The notes: generated by a model from the sequence alone, not told the origin. A stretch of DNA of 64,000 nt from Thermoplasmata archaeon (GCA_049965815.1 JBMFVV010000004.1:1858-65857), one strand, 5' to 3'. Positions 18,043 to 28,457 are shown, counted from the stretch's first letter. Program-made: numbers and translations.

Positions 18043-19260
18043 ATGATGAAGATTCTTTTAATTATAGCAGACGGATTGGGAGACCGGCCATTTAAGGACT
18101 TTGACGGTAAGACTTCACTAGAAGCTGCCAAGAAGCCAAATCTGAACGCTCTGGCTCTTGAAGGGATGGTTGGCCTCATCGATCCCATACAACCAGGGAT
18201 AATTCCTGGTTCAGACACATCGCACCTGAATTATCTAGGATACGATCCATACAAGTACTACACGGGGAGAGGTCCATTTGAGGCAATGGGTACCGGGCTA
18301 ACTCTCAGGGGGGGAGATGTTGCATTCAGGGCAAATTTTGCTACGGTTGACAGCAATGGAGTCGTGAAGGATAGAAGGGCTGGCAGGATAAGAGAAGGGA
18401 CATCAGATCTAGCGAAACATCTCAATATGAATATCGAGGACGCTGAGATTCTTTTCAAGGAAGGAACAGAGCACAGGGCTGCCCTCGTATTAAGGGGAGA
18501 AGGTATCAGCACAGATGTGTCAGATAATGATCCTCATGCCGAGAACCTAAAGCCCAGAGACATAGTTCCAACGTCAGAAAGAGGTGTAAAAACTGCTAGA
18601 ATTCTAAATGAATTCTACAGGCGATCCCTGGCCATACTGAAAGAAGAACCGTTAAACAAGAAGAGAAAGGCTGAAGGATTGAACGAGGCAAATGCAATAC
18701 TTTACAGGGGCGGCGGGCAAGTTCCTATTCTCCCCAACTTCAATCAAAAATACAACTTGAAGGGAGGATACGTTGCGGCAGTGGCACTTGTTTCGGGGAT
18801 CTGCAGGTTAGTTGGCCTGAAGGATTTTACTCCATCAGGGGTTACTGGGTCTACGGACACAGATGTTAGGAAGAAATTCTCTGCAGCTGTTGAAGCTTTG
18901 AAGGAAGTTGATTTTGTGCTTGTGAATGTGAAAGGAACTGACATAGCAGGACACGATGGTAATGGAATTGCAAAGAAGGAATTCATAGAGAAGATAGATG
19001 AAGCCATGGGAGACACTATCATGAAGATAAGGGATGAGGCAGTAATTTGCTTCACAGGCGATCACTCCACGCCGGCAAGTGTAAAGGAACACACATCTGA
19101 TCCGGTACCAATTCTCATCCGATACCCCGGTTGCCGGAAAGACGGCGTAGGAGAATTTGATGAGATAAAGGCAAAGGACGGTTACCTGAGGTTGCGAGGG
19201 GTAGATCTGATGAACGTTCTACTGAGTTCAGCTAATATGGCAGAGAAATATGGTGCCTAA
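18043..19260 (+). CDS. apgM: 2,3-bisphosphoglycerate-independent phosphoglycerate mutase, archaeal type
   Basis: ILLIIADGLGDRP N-terminus, GSDTSHL, NVKGTDIAGHDGN and FTGDHSTP metal-site blocks. Confidence 0.88.
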   Translation: MMKILLIIADGLGDRPFKDFDGKTSLEAAKKPNLNALALEGMVGLIDPIQPGIIPGSDTSHLNYLGYDPYKYYTGRGPFEAMGTGLTLRGGDVAFRANFATVDSNGVVKDRRAGRIREGTSDLAKHLNMNIEDAEILFKEGTEHRAALVLRGEGISTDVSDNDPHAENLKPRDIVPTSERGVKTARILNEFYRRSLAILKEEPLNKKRKAEGLNEANAILYRGGGQVPILPNFNQKYNLKGGYVAAVALVSGICRLVGLKDFTPSGVTGSTDTDVRKKFSAAVEALKEVDFVLVNVKGTDIAGHDGNGIAKKEFIEKIDEAMGDTIMKIRDEAVICFTGDHSTPASVKEHTSDPVPILIRYPGCRKDGVGEFDEIKAKDGYLRLRGVDLMNVLLSSANMAEKYGA

Positions 19261-19919
19261 GAAATAGTTTCTTCAAGCAACTTCTTTATTTCATCATCCC
19301 TTTCATCTACCTTCAGAAGCAGGTCTCTTGCTGTTCCTTTTTCTCCAGAATTGATGTAAATTCTTGAAAGGGTGACAATTGCATCCCTATTTCTTTGGTC
19401 AATCTTGAGAGATACGCCGCACGACTCCCTTGCATCATTTACCCTTTGAAGCTTCAGCAGTATCTCCGCTCTCAGATTCCAGAAAGATGTGTTCCTATTT
19501 TCCATCTTTATTGCCATATCAATGGATGCTAGGGCTTCTAAGTGTCTTTCCATTGAGTATAATAACCTAGCTTTGTCGTAATAATATACAGGTTTCTTCA
19601 GTAAGTTTATGGCCCTGTTGATGTACGTCAGGGCTTCGTCTTTGTTGGAAGTGAAATTTGACTGAAACAATCTTCTGTATGTATCGGGATTTGTTGGATA
19701 CTCCTCCAGGAGCGTCTTCTGGTAATTGGTGGAATCCTTGTTTTGCCTTTCTAGAATATCTATGAGCAGAATGAGCGCATCTATATTCTTTTTGATCTCT
19801 ATTGACTTTCTTGCGTGCTTCTCAGCTTCCTCTAGGTAACCATCGTTCGAAAGCTCGAATGCGGCCATATATTCGTCAGTGCTCTTTGCAAGAGATGGAA
19901 GTACCCTGTCTTCGCTCAT
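19257..19919 (-). CDS. TPR-repeat protein
   Basis: Repeating 34-residue helical units with A/Y/L spacing (EALTYINRAINLL, EALASIDMAIKM, DARESCGVSLKID). Confidence 0.55.
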   Translation of the reverse strand: MSEDRVLPSLAKSTDEYMAAFELSNDGYLEEAEKHARKSIEIKKNIDALILLIDILERQNKDSTNYQKTLLEEYPTNPDTYRRLFQSNFTSNKDEALTYINRAINLLKKPVYYYDKARLLYSMERHLEALASIDMAIKMENRNTSFWNLRAEILLKLQRVNDARESCGVSLKIDQRNRDAIVTLSRIYINSGEKGTARDLLLKVDERDDEIKKLLEETIS

Positions 19920-20060
19920 AGTTGAAGATTAAAATACCACGATTTAACGTTTCTGCCTTTAAAGCAATATCTGTTAATCATCGATAAAGAAGAAAAATTC
20001 TAAAAAAGAATTGCCTAGATAACTAAATAAAATAATAATATCAGACATCATTCAATACAT

Positions 20061-21032
20061 ATGAGAGTCCAGTTGATCGGATTGGGTTCAATTGGAAAGA
20101 ATTTGCTGAAACTTATAAGTGAGAAGGGCCCCAGCATTGTTCAATCGCTAGGGGAAAAAATTGAAGTTGTTTCTGTAAGCGATACGACAGGAACGGTCAT
20201 TACTGATGGGATGCCTCTTTCAAGAATTATACAGGCAAAGGAGGAAGGAGGTCTTAGAACCCTTGATTCATTCGAGAAAATAAGTGCTACAAGTGCTATT
20301 TCTGATCTGGAATCAGACGTTGTTGTGGAGATTACCCAGAGCACAAGGGATGGAAGACCTGGCATCGATCACATCCTGACTGCTTTTGAAAATGAAAAGG
20401 ATGTCGTAACAGCAAACAAGAGTGTACTTGTTTCAGACGTTGATCTACTTGGCACTGCCAGGGAAATGAAGAGATCCATTAGGTACGAGGCGACGGTTTG
20501 TGGCGGACTTCCGGTGTTCAACCTAATAGATTATTGTATGAAACCTGCAAAAATCATCTCAATAGATGGAATATTCAATGCTACCAGCACATTTGTAATA
20601 TCTCAGATGGAGGAGGGAAAGAGTGAGGCATTTGCAAAAAGTGAGGCTACAAGGATTGGTATAGCGGAAAGAGATCAACGCGATGATCTTGCCGGTATTG
20701 ATTCCGCTAGAAAGGGAACGATTCTGCACAGACGTATTTTCGGGTCCACTTTAAAGCTGAAGGATGCAATCATATTGTCACATGAAAACGACATTGCAGC
20801 AGGTCTGAGACAGGTTACTGAAGTGACGTCAAAAGGGGTTTCGGTAAGGTATCAAAAAGTAGAAGGGAAAAGTATCTACTCCAATGCAACTGGGCCGGCC
20901 ATGTTCATAAGATTTAACACGGATGTAATGGATCACGTTACTTTGTTTACAGACCACGACGGACCTCTTGAGTCCGCAGCAACAATATTAAATGATGTAT
21001 TATTGTCGAAGGCAGAAAAAGTGGCAAAATGA
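20061..21032 (+). CDS. hom: Homoserine dehydrogenase
   Basis: N-terminal Rossmann motif IGLGSIGKNL, VVTANKSVL, and YEATVCGGLPV blocks. Confidence 0.8.
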   Translation: MRVQLIGLGSIGKNLLKLISEKGPSIVQSLGEKIEVVSVSDTTGTVITDGMPLSRIIQAKEEGGLRTLDSFEKISATSAISDLESDVVVEITQSTRDGRPGIDHILTAFENEKDVVTANKSVLVSDVDLLGTAREMKRSIRYEATVCGGLPVFNLIDYCMKPAKIISIDGIFNATSTFVISQMEEGKSEAFAKSEATRIGIAERDQRDDLAGIDSARKGTILHRRIFGSTLKLKDAIILSHENDIAAGLRQVTEVTSKGVSVRYQKVEGKSIYSNATGPAMFIRFNTDVMDHVTLFTDHDGPLESAATILNDVLLSKAEKVAK

Positions 21033-22150
21033 ATAAAGGTTACGTGGCGTTCATTGGCGTTCTTGCGGTTCTATGGTTAATCACGATGATCATAGACATT
21101 ATGATGACCGCAGCCATTTATCCATCAAGATTTGGTACCATTGCCAATGTAACGTCGAGCGTAACCTCCCAGTTTAGAACACCAATATATGTCATAATTG
21201 GTCTTCCTGAAGCCATAGGACTTTTTTACCCACCGTATTATTTCTGGGCAATATGGATAGGAATAGTAACAGCCGCCGTGACAATTTTCATTATCATTTC
21301 GGTGTATAGAACATTCCCAAGATTTGAAAATTCGGCTCTATATAGGATAGCAGAATTTTTCGCATTAAACCTGTTTTTGTCTGAGATATATATCGCGTTT
21401 GTTCAATTTATTGGTCATCCAATCACTTCTCCAATCCCAACAGGGCCTACTCATTTTATCTACAACTTCTTTTTACTTACGAATGCGGGTCTTTACGAAG
21501 AGCTTATCACTAGAGTTATTTACATCGGCATTCCCCTGTTTATATATTATGCCTGGAGTGTGCACGGCAAGGAATCTCCTTCTAGGCCAAAGAAGCTCCC
21601 GTGGTGGAGGATAATCTGGGGCGGAGGATACAAATTTGGGAAACCAGAAATTACTGTGTTGATAATCTCTTCAATTATCTTTGGAATTGCTCACGCAGGA
21701 TCCTGGAGTATTTCTAAGATACCTCAGGCTGCGCTCGGCGGCGTATTTCTTGGCGTTTTGTTCTTGCGTTTTGGTCTCTATGCAGATGTCCTCTTTCATT
21801 TTTCAGTCGATTCTCCAGGTTTTCTTCTGACAAATCTTTATGGTAGCCCTCTTGGTTCCGTGGCCACTACAGATTTCTATTCGATTGTAGTGCTCATCTT
21901 CTTGGCTGCTGGACTTGTAGTATCCATTTTCTATCTGTTAGAATTAGCTAAGATTTTTCAGAGCAGGAACGGAAGAATACCCACATCTTTATCTGTCACG
22001 CCATCGTCTTCAATTCAAGTTCCTCAGGAGAATCAATATTCGAAGAGCACTTCAGTCGTTTGTCCCAAATGTGGCTCAAAGAACGTCACTTTCTTATACG
22101 ACGACGTTTATAGATGCGATGATTGCGGCACAGTATTCAGGAAGAGCTAA
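21029..22150 (+). CDS. CPBP-family (CAAX-type) intramembrane glutamic protease fused to a C-terminal zinc ribbon
   Basis: EELITRVIY (EExxxR), FGIAHA (FxxxH) and HFSVD motifs in TM helices. C-terminal CPKCGS...CDDCG. Confidence 0.7.
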   Translation: MNKGYVAFIGVLAVLWLITMIIDIMMTAAIYPSRFGTIANVTSSVTSQFRTPIYVIIGLPEAIGLFYPPYYFWAIWIGIVTAAVTIFIIISVYRTFPRFENSALYRIAEFFALNLFLSEIYIAFVQFIGHPITSPIPTGPTHFIYNFFLLTNAGLYEELITRVIYIGIPLFIYYAWSVHGKESPSRPKKLPWWRIIWGGGYKFGKPEITVLIISSIIFGIAHAGSWSISKIPQAALGGVFLGVLFLRFGLYADVLFHFSVDSPGFLLTNLYGSPLGSVATTDFYSIVVLIFLAAGLVVSIFYLLELAKIFQSRNGRIPTSLSVTPSSSIQVPQENQYSKSTSVVCPKCGSKNVTFLYDDVYRCDDCGTVFRKS

Positions 22151-23358
22151 TAATTAGCCATTTCATCCATCCTCATTATTTCTCTGAGGACCGAGGTTGC
22201 ATATCCGCCAGGGGGAAGAGAGAATTCAACTGTAGATCCGTTACAACCCATGTTCTCGAACCTCAGGAATAGATCCCTTCTCTCCCCCTTCGAGCTTAGT
22301 CCAAATGGAAGTTTAAAATTAGTAGTGCTGATGCTTTCCTGCTCGATAATCTCGTTCTCTATTTCTCCCATTTTTCCATCAGCTGGCAACGTGTCAAAAC
22401 CAACTACCAATCCTGTGGGGGACCCAACTCCCTTTTCAAACAGAGAATTCATCTTCTCTATATTCAGGCTGTTAACTTTTATGAACTCGTTGTTTTCCCT
22501 GTAAATGTCCCCTATTATCAGTGACCTGCTCAGTTCCAGTCTTCTGCTGAGAATTCTGTTGAACATATACCCCTGATATGCGTGGACAAACATAGAAACA
22601 AGGTTTCCAGGAAGGATCTTGATTGCCCCCGAATAATCATTAGGGTGAGTTAGAAGATATTGCATAACTTCTCTCTCCAGGTCAAGAGATTCAGGAAAAT
22701 TTTTCAGACCTTCCTCTGGGTCTGGATTATCGTAGTATTCCTTTCTAACATTTGCGAATCTATCTTGACCAGGGTACCCCACAAATATTCTAACCGCTTC
22801 CTGGTAGTTCCCTTTAACAATTTCTCTGCCCACTAGATGAGTCACAGGTCTAAGAGAGCCGAACCGCTGAGGGCCATAAAAATTTGGCACAACTCCACGT
22901 TCTTGCACCACCCTGCAGTTGGAAGCAAAGATGTTTTCGTCAGAGTTGGAAACCTTTATTACAAAATGATTCCTAGAATGGGTGCCTACTGCTAGCGGGG
23001 AATCAAGATAAAAGTGTTCCAGGATTTCTACATCATTCAATGAAAATTCCCTATATTTGACTCCTGGTATGCTTAAGTATTGAATCTTGACGCTCCTCCT
23101 GTCCTTTGTTCCGGCGAAATAGATTCTATTCGGAGAAACGTGGTTGCTCCGAGCAACAAATCTGATGAGCCTGTTGTGCTCCCAGTTCTTTGCCTTTAGC
23201 TTCAGCACTAAAACGTTGCCGTCTTCCTTCTTGTCTAGATTTTCAAACTGTTCTTCAACATAGAAGTCTTCTGATTTTTCCCTGAGCTTACCCCCAGATG
23301 GTGGCAGTTCAAAGTAATACCCTGACACCCCTATTTCCGAGAAATCCACACACGTCAA
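22147..23358 (-). CDS. truD: tRNA pseudouridine(13) synthase TruD
   Basis: FAGTKDRRSV (catalytic Asp context) and NFYGPQRFG blocks. Confidence 0.85.
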   Translation of the reverse strand: MTCVDFSEIGVSGYYFELPPSGGKLREKSEDFYVEEQFENLDKKEDGNVLVLKLKAKNWEHNRLIRFVARSNHVSPNRIYFAGTKDRRSVKIQYLSIPGVKYREFSLNDVEILEHFYLDSPLAVGTHSRNHFVIKVSNSDENIFASNCRVVQERGVVPNFYGPQRFGSLRPVTHLVGREIVKGNYQEAVRIFVGYPGQDRFANVRKEYYDNPDPEEGLKNFPESLDLEREVMQYLLTHPNDYSGAIKILPGNLVSMFVHAYQGYMFNRILSRRLELSRSLIIGDIYRENNEFIKVNSLNIEKMNSLFEKGVGSPTGLVVGFDTLPADGKMGEIENEIIEQESISTTNFKLPFGLSSKGERRDLFLRFENMGCNGSTVEFSLPPGGYATSVLREIMRMDEMANY

Positions 23359-23404
23359 GGTGCTTCAACAATATTAATTAACTCATTTATACTGAACGCA
23401 ATAT

Positions 23405-24217
23405 ATGTGGGGAGGTTTTTCAGGCAAGAGAAGAAAATACGGTCTTTATGGATTAATAATAGGGGTTGCGGTATCATCTATTCTTCTCTATCTATCGTTT
23501 TATATCTCTTTCCTGTACCTTCTCATTCCAGTTATCCTACTAGTTATATTCCATTACACAAAAGCGTGGAGATTTTCTGATAGAGCCTTTTATGGATTCA
23601 TAGCAATAGTAATATCATTCTTTCTTGCAATGGGTGGCATTTCAAGTTCACTCACGGGAGCACCTCACCAGACAACTGCAGTATTCACAGAATCTTCGGT
23701 AACGTATGATGTACATTACGCATACTCCAACAACAGTGGAAACTACATTTTCAACTTCAGCCTGCCATCACATAACGTATCCAGTAACGTAGAATTTGCA
23801 CTAAGGGACTTGTTTACAAACGTGACTATTACTTCAGCTAACGGTACATTTATCAGCCAAGGATCCAACTTCACTTATTCGTGGAATGCAGGACAACTGT
23901 CGCAGCATGCATACGTCGTGCTAATGACGCTCCATGTCATGAAAAACAATACTACGGCGTCTCAACAAATGGAATTCCTTGGCCCTATTTTGATTTCAGG
24001 GATTAGTGTTGTCCTGCTTCTCTCAGAGAGTCTCATTGTATCTTACCTGCTCATAACATTCCTTTTCTTCCTCGCATTTGCATTCTTTGCAAGGGCAATA
24101 ACCACGTCAAGACAAAGAAGGACCAAGGGAGGTCAAAATCCTCCCGCTCCCACTGATCAGGCAGTTCTGGAACCTAGTAAGGAGAATACAGGATGGTTTA
24201 GAAGACAACAACCTTAA
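23405..24217 (+). CDS. Hypothetical membrane protein with an extracytoplasmic, sequon-dense domain
   Basis: TM helices at both ends. The central roughly 110-aa segment carries 8 N-x-S/T sequons (NNS, NFS, NVS, NVT, NGT, NFT, NNT, NTT). Confidence 0.45.
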   Translation: MWGGFSGKRRKYGLYGLIIGVAVSSILLYLSFYISFLYLLIPVILLVIFHYTKAWRFSDRAFYGFIAIVISFFLAMGGISSSLTGAPHQTTAVFTESSVTYDVHYAYSNNSGNYIFNFSLPSHNVSSNVEFALRDLFTNVTITSANGTFISQGSNFTYSWNAGQLSQHAYVVLMTLHVMKNNTTASQQMEFLGPILISGISVVLLLSESLIVSYLLITFLFFLAFAFFARAITTSRQRRTKGGQNPPAPTDQAVLEPSKENTGWFRRQQP

Positions 24218-24669
24218 AAAGAGAGCCCTAGTTCCTTTATCTTGTTAAAAACTTCCTTTGCATGATCCTTTGGGTTCACCTTTGGAAATATATGTGCGAT
24301 ATTTCCTTCCTTGTCAATTATATAAGTAACCCTTTTAGCTGTTCCTATCCCAAGTACATTGTAATTTCTGGATATATCCTTTGATTTGTCTGGTACCAGC
24401 AAAAATGGCAGCTCGTACTTATCCACAAATTTTTTATGAGAGTTTTCAGAATCTGTACTTACACCAATGACCTCTATCCCTTTCTTCTTGAAATCATCAA
24501 AATTGTCCCTAAAATTGCACGCTTCGGTTGTGCATCCGGGAGTAAAGTCTTTCGGATAGAAGTAAACCACTACTACTTTCCCTCTCAAATCTGAGAGTCT
24601 TCCCTTTCCGCTGCTTGGAGGGAGTTCAAAGTCTGGTGCCTTATCGCCGATCTTTAATTCGTCTTCCAT
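24214..24669 (-). CDS. bcp: Peroxiredoxin, Bcp type
   Basis: FYPKDFTPGCTTEA active-site block. Confidence 0.9.
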   Translation of the reverse strand: MEDELKIGDKAPDFELPPSSGKGRLSDLRGKVVVVYFYPKDFTPGCTTEACNFRDNFDDFKKKGIEVIGVSTDSENSHKKFVDKYELPFLLVPDKSKDISRNYNVLGIGTAKRVTYIIDKEGNIAHIFPKVNPKDHAKEVFNKIKELGLSF

Positions 24670-24811
24670 GAATTTTCAGACGAAATAGATTAAAATATTT
24701 TTCTTGACATTTATTGCTTCATTATTTAATGGCCTGGGTCTTCACCATCAAGGATGACGGGGTAAATATTTAAATTGTTCAATGGAAATTCCTGCCAAAC
24801 GACGATATATT

Positions 24812-26776
24812 TTATTTGATCCCACCATCTATCGGTATCATAGTACCAGTTGTTGCGCCAAAAACACTGTCCCTTATTAGATCTACCACTACGTTAGCGA
24901 CGTGTTCGGGCAATACTTCGACGTGAAGCAAATTTCCTCTCTTGTATTCTTCTTGAGTTATTCCTTTGGCCCTAGCCCTGTTCTCAAGGACTCCTCCCTC
25001 CCATATTTTCGACTCTCTGAATATCTTGTCTGGATTGACCACGTTGCTCCTTATTCTATATCTTCCACCCTCTATTGCAACATATCTAGACAGCTGGGCT
25101 GCAAAAGCCTTGGATGTTCCGTACGACATCATCCCTTCTCCCGGGTTTGTAACGTTCTTGGTTATGTTGAACACAAATGATCCTCCTATTCCTTGAGTCT
25201 TCATTATTTTGAAGGCCTCCCTCGTTACAAGGAATGTTCCTATAGAGTTGATGTCTACGTGTTTCTTCAGATCCTGTAGTGTTGTCTCATCTAAGGGCGA
25301 TGGCTTCAGAAAACCAGCGTTGTTGAAGACGGCGTCGATCCCCCCGAACTCCCTTACGATCTCCCTAAATGCACCCATAACAGATTCTTCATTAGATATG
25401 TCGAATTTTATCCCATATGCTTCTTTCCCCATTTGCTTGGAGATGTCAACTATGCCAGGATCAATGTCACCTCCTATTGCTAATATCCCTTCGGTCATGA
25501 ATTTCATAAATGTGACTTTACCTATTCCGCTTGCTGCTCCTGTGACTAGTCCAATGAATCCCTCTAGTTCCTTCCTCTTTCTCTTGGCCAGTTTTGCTTC
25601 CTGGAATGGCCAGTATTCCATGTCGTAACACTGCTGATCTGTGATAAACCTATTATCCCCAATTGCAGCTGCGGCAGATGCCACCCTGAATGAATGTATT
25701 GCTTCATCCCTGATAATATCCGCCTCCATCTTTGTGCTTGCTGCAGCAACCAGTCCATATCCCTTAAGGACGAGGACAGAAGGGAAGGGGTCGTGCATAA
25801 TCTTTCCAGACGGGACGTATTTCTCATAATCTTCTTTGTACTTCCTTATAAAACTGTCAATTTCTGACTCTATGTTGGATAGGTTATCAGAAAACAGATA
25901 ATTCTTCTTCGTTCTCACAAGCATATCTGGTGTAGCAGGGCCTAAGGTTCTGAATCTTACTGCATCTTCACTGATTGAGAAGCCAACAGCCTCATCGGAA
26001 TTATCCCACGTTAATATCTTCTTTCTGTCCTTGCTGAGAAGTCCCCTCAACTTTGGGAGGAAATCAATGAATTGTGATTCCCTATCCTTCTGGAACTGCA
26101 CCCTAGGTATTCCTTTCCATTGGTTCTCTATGAATTTCTCTGCCTCTTTAACCAGTTTAAGATGTGTCTCGTAACTCTCCTTGGCGGTGTTGCCCCACGT
26201 AACCAGTCCGTGATTTCTTAAAATAACTCCAGCAAAATTCGAAAGGTCCATTTCGTTAATTGTCTTCAGGAAGTGTTTAGCCAGCTGGAATCCTGGCTGA
26301 ACATAGGGAATTACTAATATTTTTTCTTTGAAAACATCAGCTATGGCCCTATCTTCTAAATTCGAGTTTGTGAGAGCCACAATATAATCCGCGTGGGAAT
26401 GATCAACGAATTTATAATTTACGAAAGCGTGAATGAATATCTCCACGGATGGGAAGGCTTGATCAGGGTCAAGCATGCAGTTCCTGATAAAGGAAGACAT
26501 TTCATCATCCGTCATGGTATCTACTAATTTTGCATCCATCAAATCGTTCATTTTCATTGCGGTAAAATCCTCTTCCTCTATGGTAGCCAGATCAGATCCG
26601 GAGCTCTTAACAAATAGGGTGTTAATTTCCTTTGCTACCACACTGCGAACTTTAAGTTTGACACTTGTGTTTCCACCTCCATGAAGGACTAAATTCTCAT
26701 CTCTTCCCAGAGATCTGGAGGCTTCAACCCGTTCCTTTAGAAGTTTCCTCTCCTGTTCCGGAATGGTAAACATCAT
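24812..26776 (-). CDS. Bifunctional class II aldolase / short-chain dehydrogenase (rhamnulose-1-phosphate aldolase/alcohol dehydrogenase-like)
   Basis: N-terminal aldolase/adducin-type domain (LVLHGGGNTSVK). C-terminal SDR domain (VTGAASGIGK; YGTSKAF, a YxxxK motif). Confidence 0.78.
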   Translation of the reverse strand: MMFTIPEQERKLLKERVEASRSLGRDENLVLHGGGNTSVKLKVRSVVAKEINTLFVKSSGSDLATIEEEDFTAMKMNDLMDAKLVDTMTDDEMSSFIRNCMLDPDQAFPSVEIFIHAFVNYKFVDHSHADYIVALTNSNLEDRAIADVFKEKILVIPYVQPGFQLAKHFLKTINEMDLSNFAGVILRNHGLVTWGNTAKESYETHLKLVKEAEKFIENQWKGIPRVQFQKDRESQFIDFLPKLRGLLSKDRKKILTWDNSDEAVGFSISEDAVRFRTLGPATPDMLVRTKKNYLFSDNLSNIESEIDSFIRKYKEDYEKYVPSGKIMHDPFPSVLVLKGYGLVAAASTKMEADIIRDEAIHSFRVASAAAAIGDNRFITDQQCYDMEYWPFQEAKLAKRKRKELEGFIGLVTGAASGIGKVTFMKFMTEGILAIGGDIDPGIVDISKQMGKEAYGIKFDISNEESVMGAFREIVREFGGIDAVFNNAGFLKPSPLDETTLQDLKKHVDINSIGTFLVTREAFKIMKTQGIGGSFVFNITKNVTNPGEGMMSYGTSKAFAAQLSRYVAIEGGRYRIRSNVVNPDKIFRESKIWEGGVLENRARAKGITQEEYKRGNLLHVEVLPEHVANVVVDLIRDSVFGATTGTMIPIDGGIK

Positions 26777-26891
26777 AGACTGCGAATACTGTCATGATAA
26801 AATATATTTATCTAATTTTGAATCTTTCAACATCTTCCATTAACAGGCAATGATAAGATAAAGAATAAATTGGAATTGAAATTACAGTCGC

Positions 26892-28457
26892 ATGGATTCG
26901 TTTTCCAACAGGGACAAGGATGTTTTCCTGATAACTTGCGAAAAGATGATTGACCGGGGGGCGCTAATGTCACGGTACAGCAGGACTAGAGAACTTGATA
27001 TCCGGGAATTATGGGATAAGGAATTTGCGCAAGTTCCCGACAGAGCAGAGAAATTCTACGAAAGGATCTTCCTTGAGTATGGAGACGAGTCCGTGGCGGA
27101 GCTGGCTACTGCCCAAGTGGGTATCCAGAATGTTAGCAACGTTCTATCAAAAATCATAGAGGAGAGCAGAATAGGTCTGTCGTATTTAGAAAAGAGTTCA
27201 AGATACGTCTCTTATAGAGAAAAGAAGAACGGAAGATATCTTTTCATAAGTCCTGAAAGAGCAGGTATTCCGGATAAATTTCAAGAAAAGTATGAAGAAT
27301 TCAACAATCACATATTCGAGCTCTACAGGGATATTTTCGTGGAAGTTTCTGATTACATTCACGAAAAGAATCCGTTTGAAAGCACGACGTTCTACCTTCC
27401 AAACGGAAAGCAGGTAAAGTTGGGAGAGCAGGATGGAGAAGAGGAAATTCTGAAAAAAGCTTATGAGAGTTCTGTTAGAAGCAGAGCACTTGATGAGACC
27501 AGATTCATACTTCCAGCCTCTACGCTCACCAATATAGGTATAAGTGGAAATGCGAGAGCCTTTTCACACTTGCTGGAAAGACTAAAATCCAGTGGTTTGA
27601 AGGAAGCTGCTGAACTGTATTCCGAGTTGATGAATGAACTGAAGTTGGTATTCCCAAAGCTGATAGAAAATGTTGAGAATGCGCACGGGTTGGAAAACGT
27701 GGAATATATTAGGAAGTTGAAGAATTACAATCCTGTCGAACTGGAGCTCACGGCTAAAACTTCCAAACAATCGGTCAAACTTCTTTCATTTGAAAATGAT
27801 GACGTGGTTCTGGACAAGATCCTTACGTCCTATCATTTCGAGCGTACAACCGCAGATTATGAAATGATTTACAGTTACATTAGTGGTCTATCAAAGCAAA
27901 GGAAAGTTGAGCTTCTTAACGAGATTATTTCCCTGAGAAAAAACAGAAGGAACAAGCTGGACAGGAGTTTCGAACACGTTTACTACACTTTTCAGATCGA
28001 TACCAATTTTGGGGCATTCCGGGACCTTCAGCGGCACAGGTCACTGACAATTCAGAGGAAGAAGCTGAGCACCATTCACGGCTATGACATTCCTCCTATT
28101 ATCTCAGCAATTGATGGTCTCGCAAAGAGATATGTTGAAGCAATTAATGAAGCCAGCGAACTTTATAATCAAGTCAGTTCAGTTGACCCTCTATCTGCCC
28201 AGTATTTCGTGTTGTTTGCACATATACAGCCAGTTTTAATCACGTTAAATCTCAGGGAGCTTGTATACCTTACGGAGTTAAGGTCCACCCCTCAGGCGCA
28301 TTTTGACCTGAGAGGAATAAGCAGGGAAATGGTAAGGATGGTAAGGCAGGTCAATCCTTCATTGGGCCAGGCTTTTAGATTCTTGAATGAGAAGGAGGAA
28401 GAACTTGGAAGGTTAAGTGCGGAGCTGAAAAAGGAAATCAAGTTAAAAAATGATTAA
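26892..28457 (+). CDS. ThyX-like (Thy1 family) protein, long form; function as thymidylate synthase not assured
   Basis: A QRHRS motif at about residue 390 and an SRYSR block near the N-terminus, but the canonical contiguous RHRxxSxxxxSxRY signature is not present. 521 aa, roughly twice the length of standard ThyX. Confidence 0.5.
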   Translation: MDSFSNRDKDVFLITCEKMIDRGALMSRYSRTRELDIRELWDKEFAQVPDRAEKFYERIFLEYGDESVAELATAQVGIQNVSNVLSKIIEESRIGLSYLEKSSRYVSYREKKNGRYLFISPERAGIPDKFQEKYEEFNNHIFELYRDIFVEVSDYIHEKNPFESTTFYLPNGKQVKLGEQDGEEEILKKAYESSVRSRALDETRFILPASTLTNIGISGNARAFSHLLERLKSSGLKEAAELYSELMNELKLVFPKLIENVENAHGLENVEYIRKLKNYNPVELELTAKTSKQSVKLLSFENDDVVLDKILTSYHFERTTADYEMIYSYISGLSKQRKVELLNEIISLRKNRRNKLDRSFEHVYYTFQIDTNFGAFRDLQRHRSLTIQRKKLSTIHGYDIPPIISAIDGLAKRYVEAINEASELYNQVSSVDPLSAQYFVLFAHIQPVLITLNLRELVYLTELRSTPQAHFDLRGISREMVRMVRQVNPSLGQAFRFLNEKEEELGRLSAELKKEIKLKND

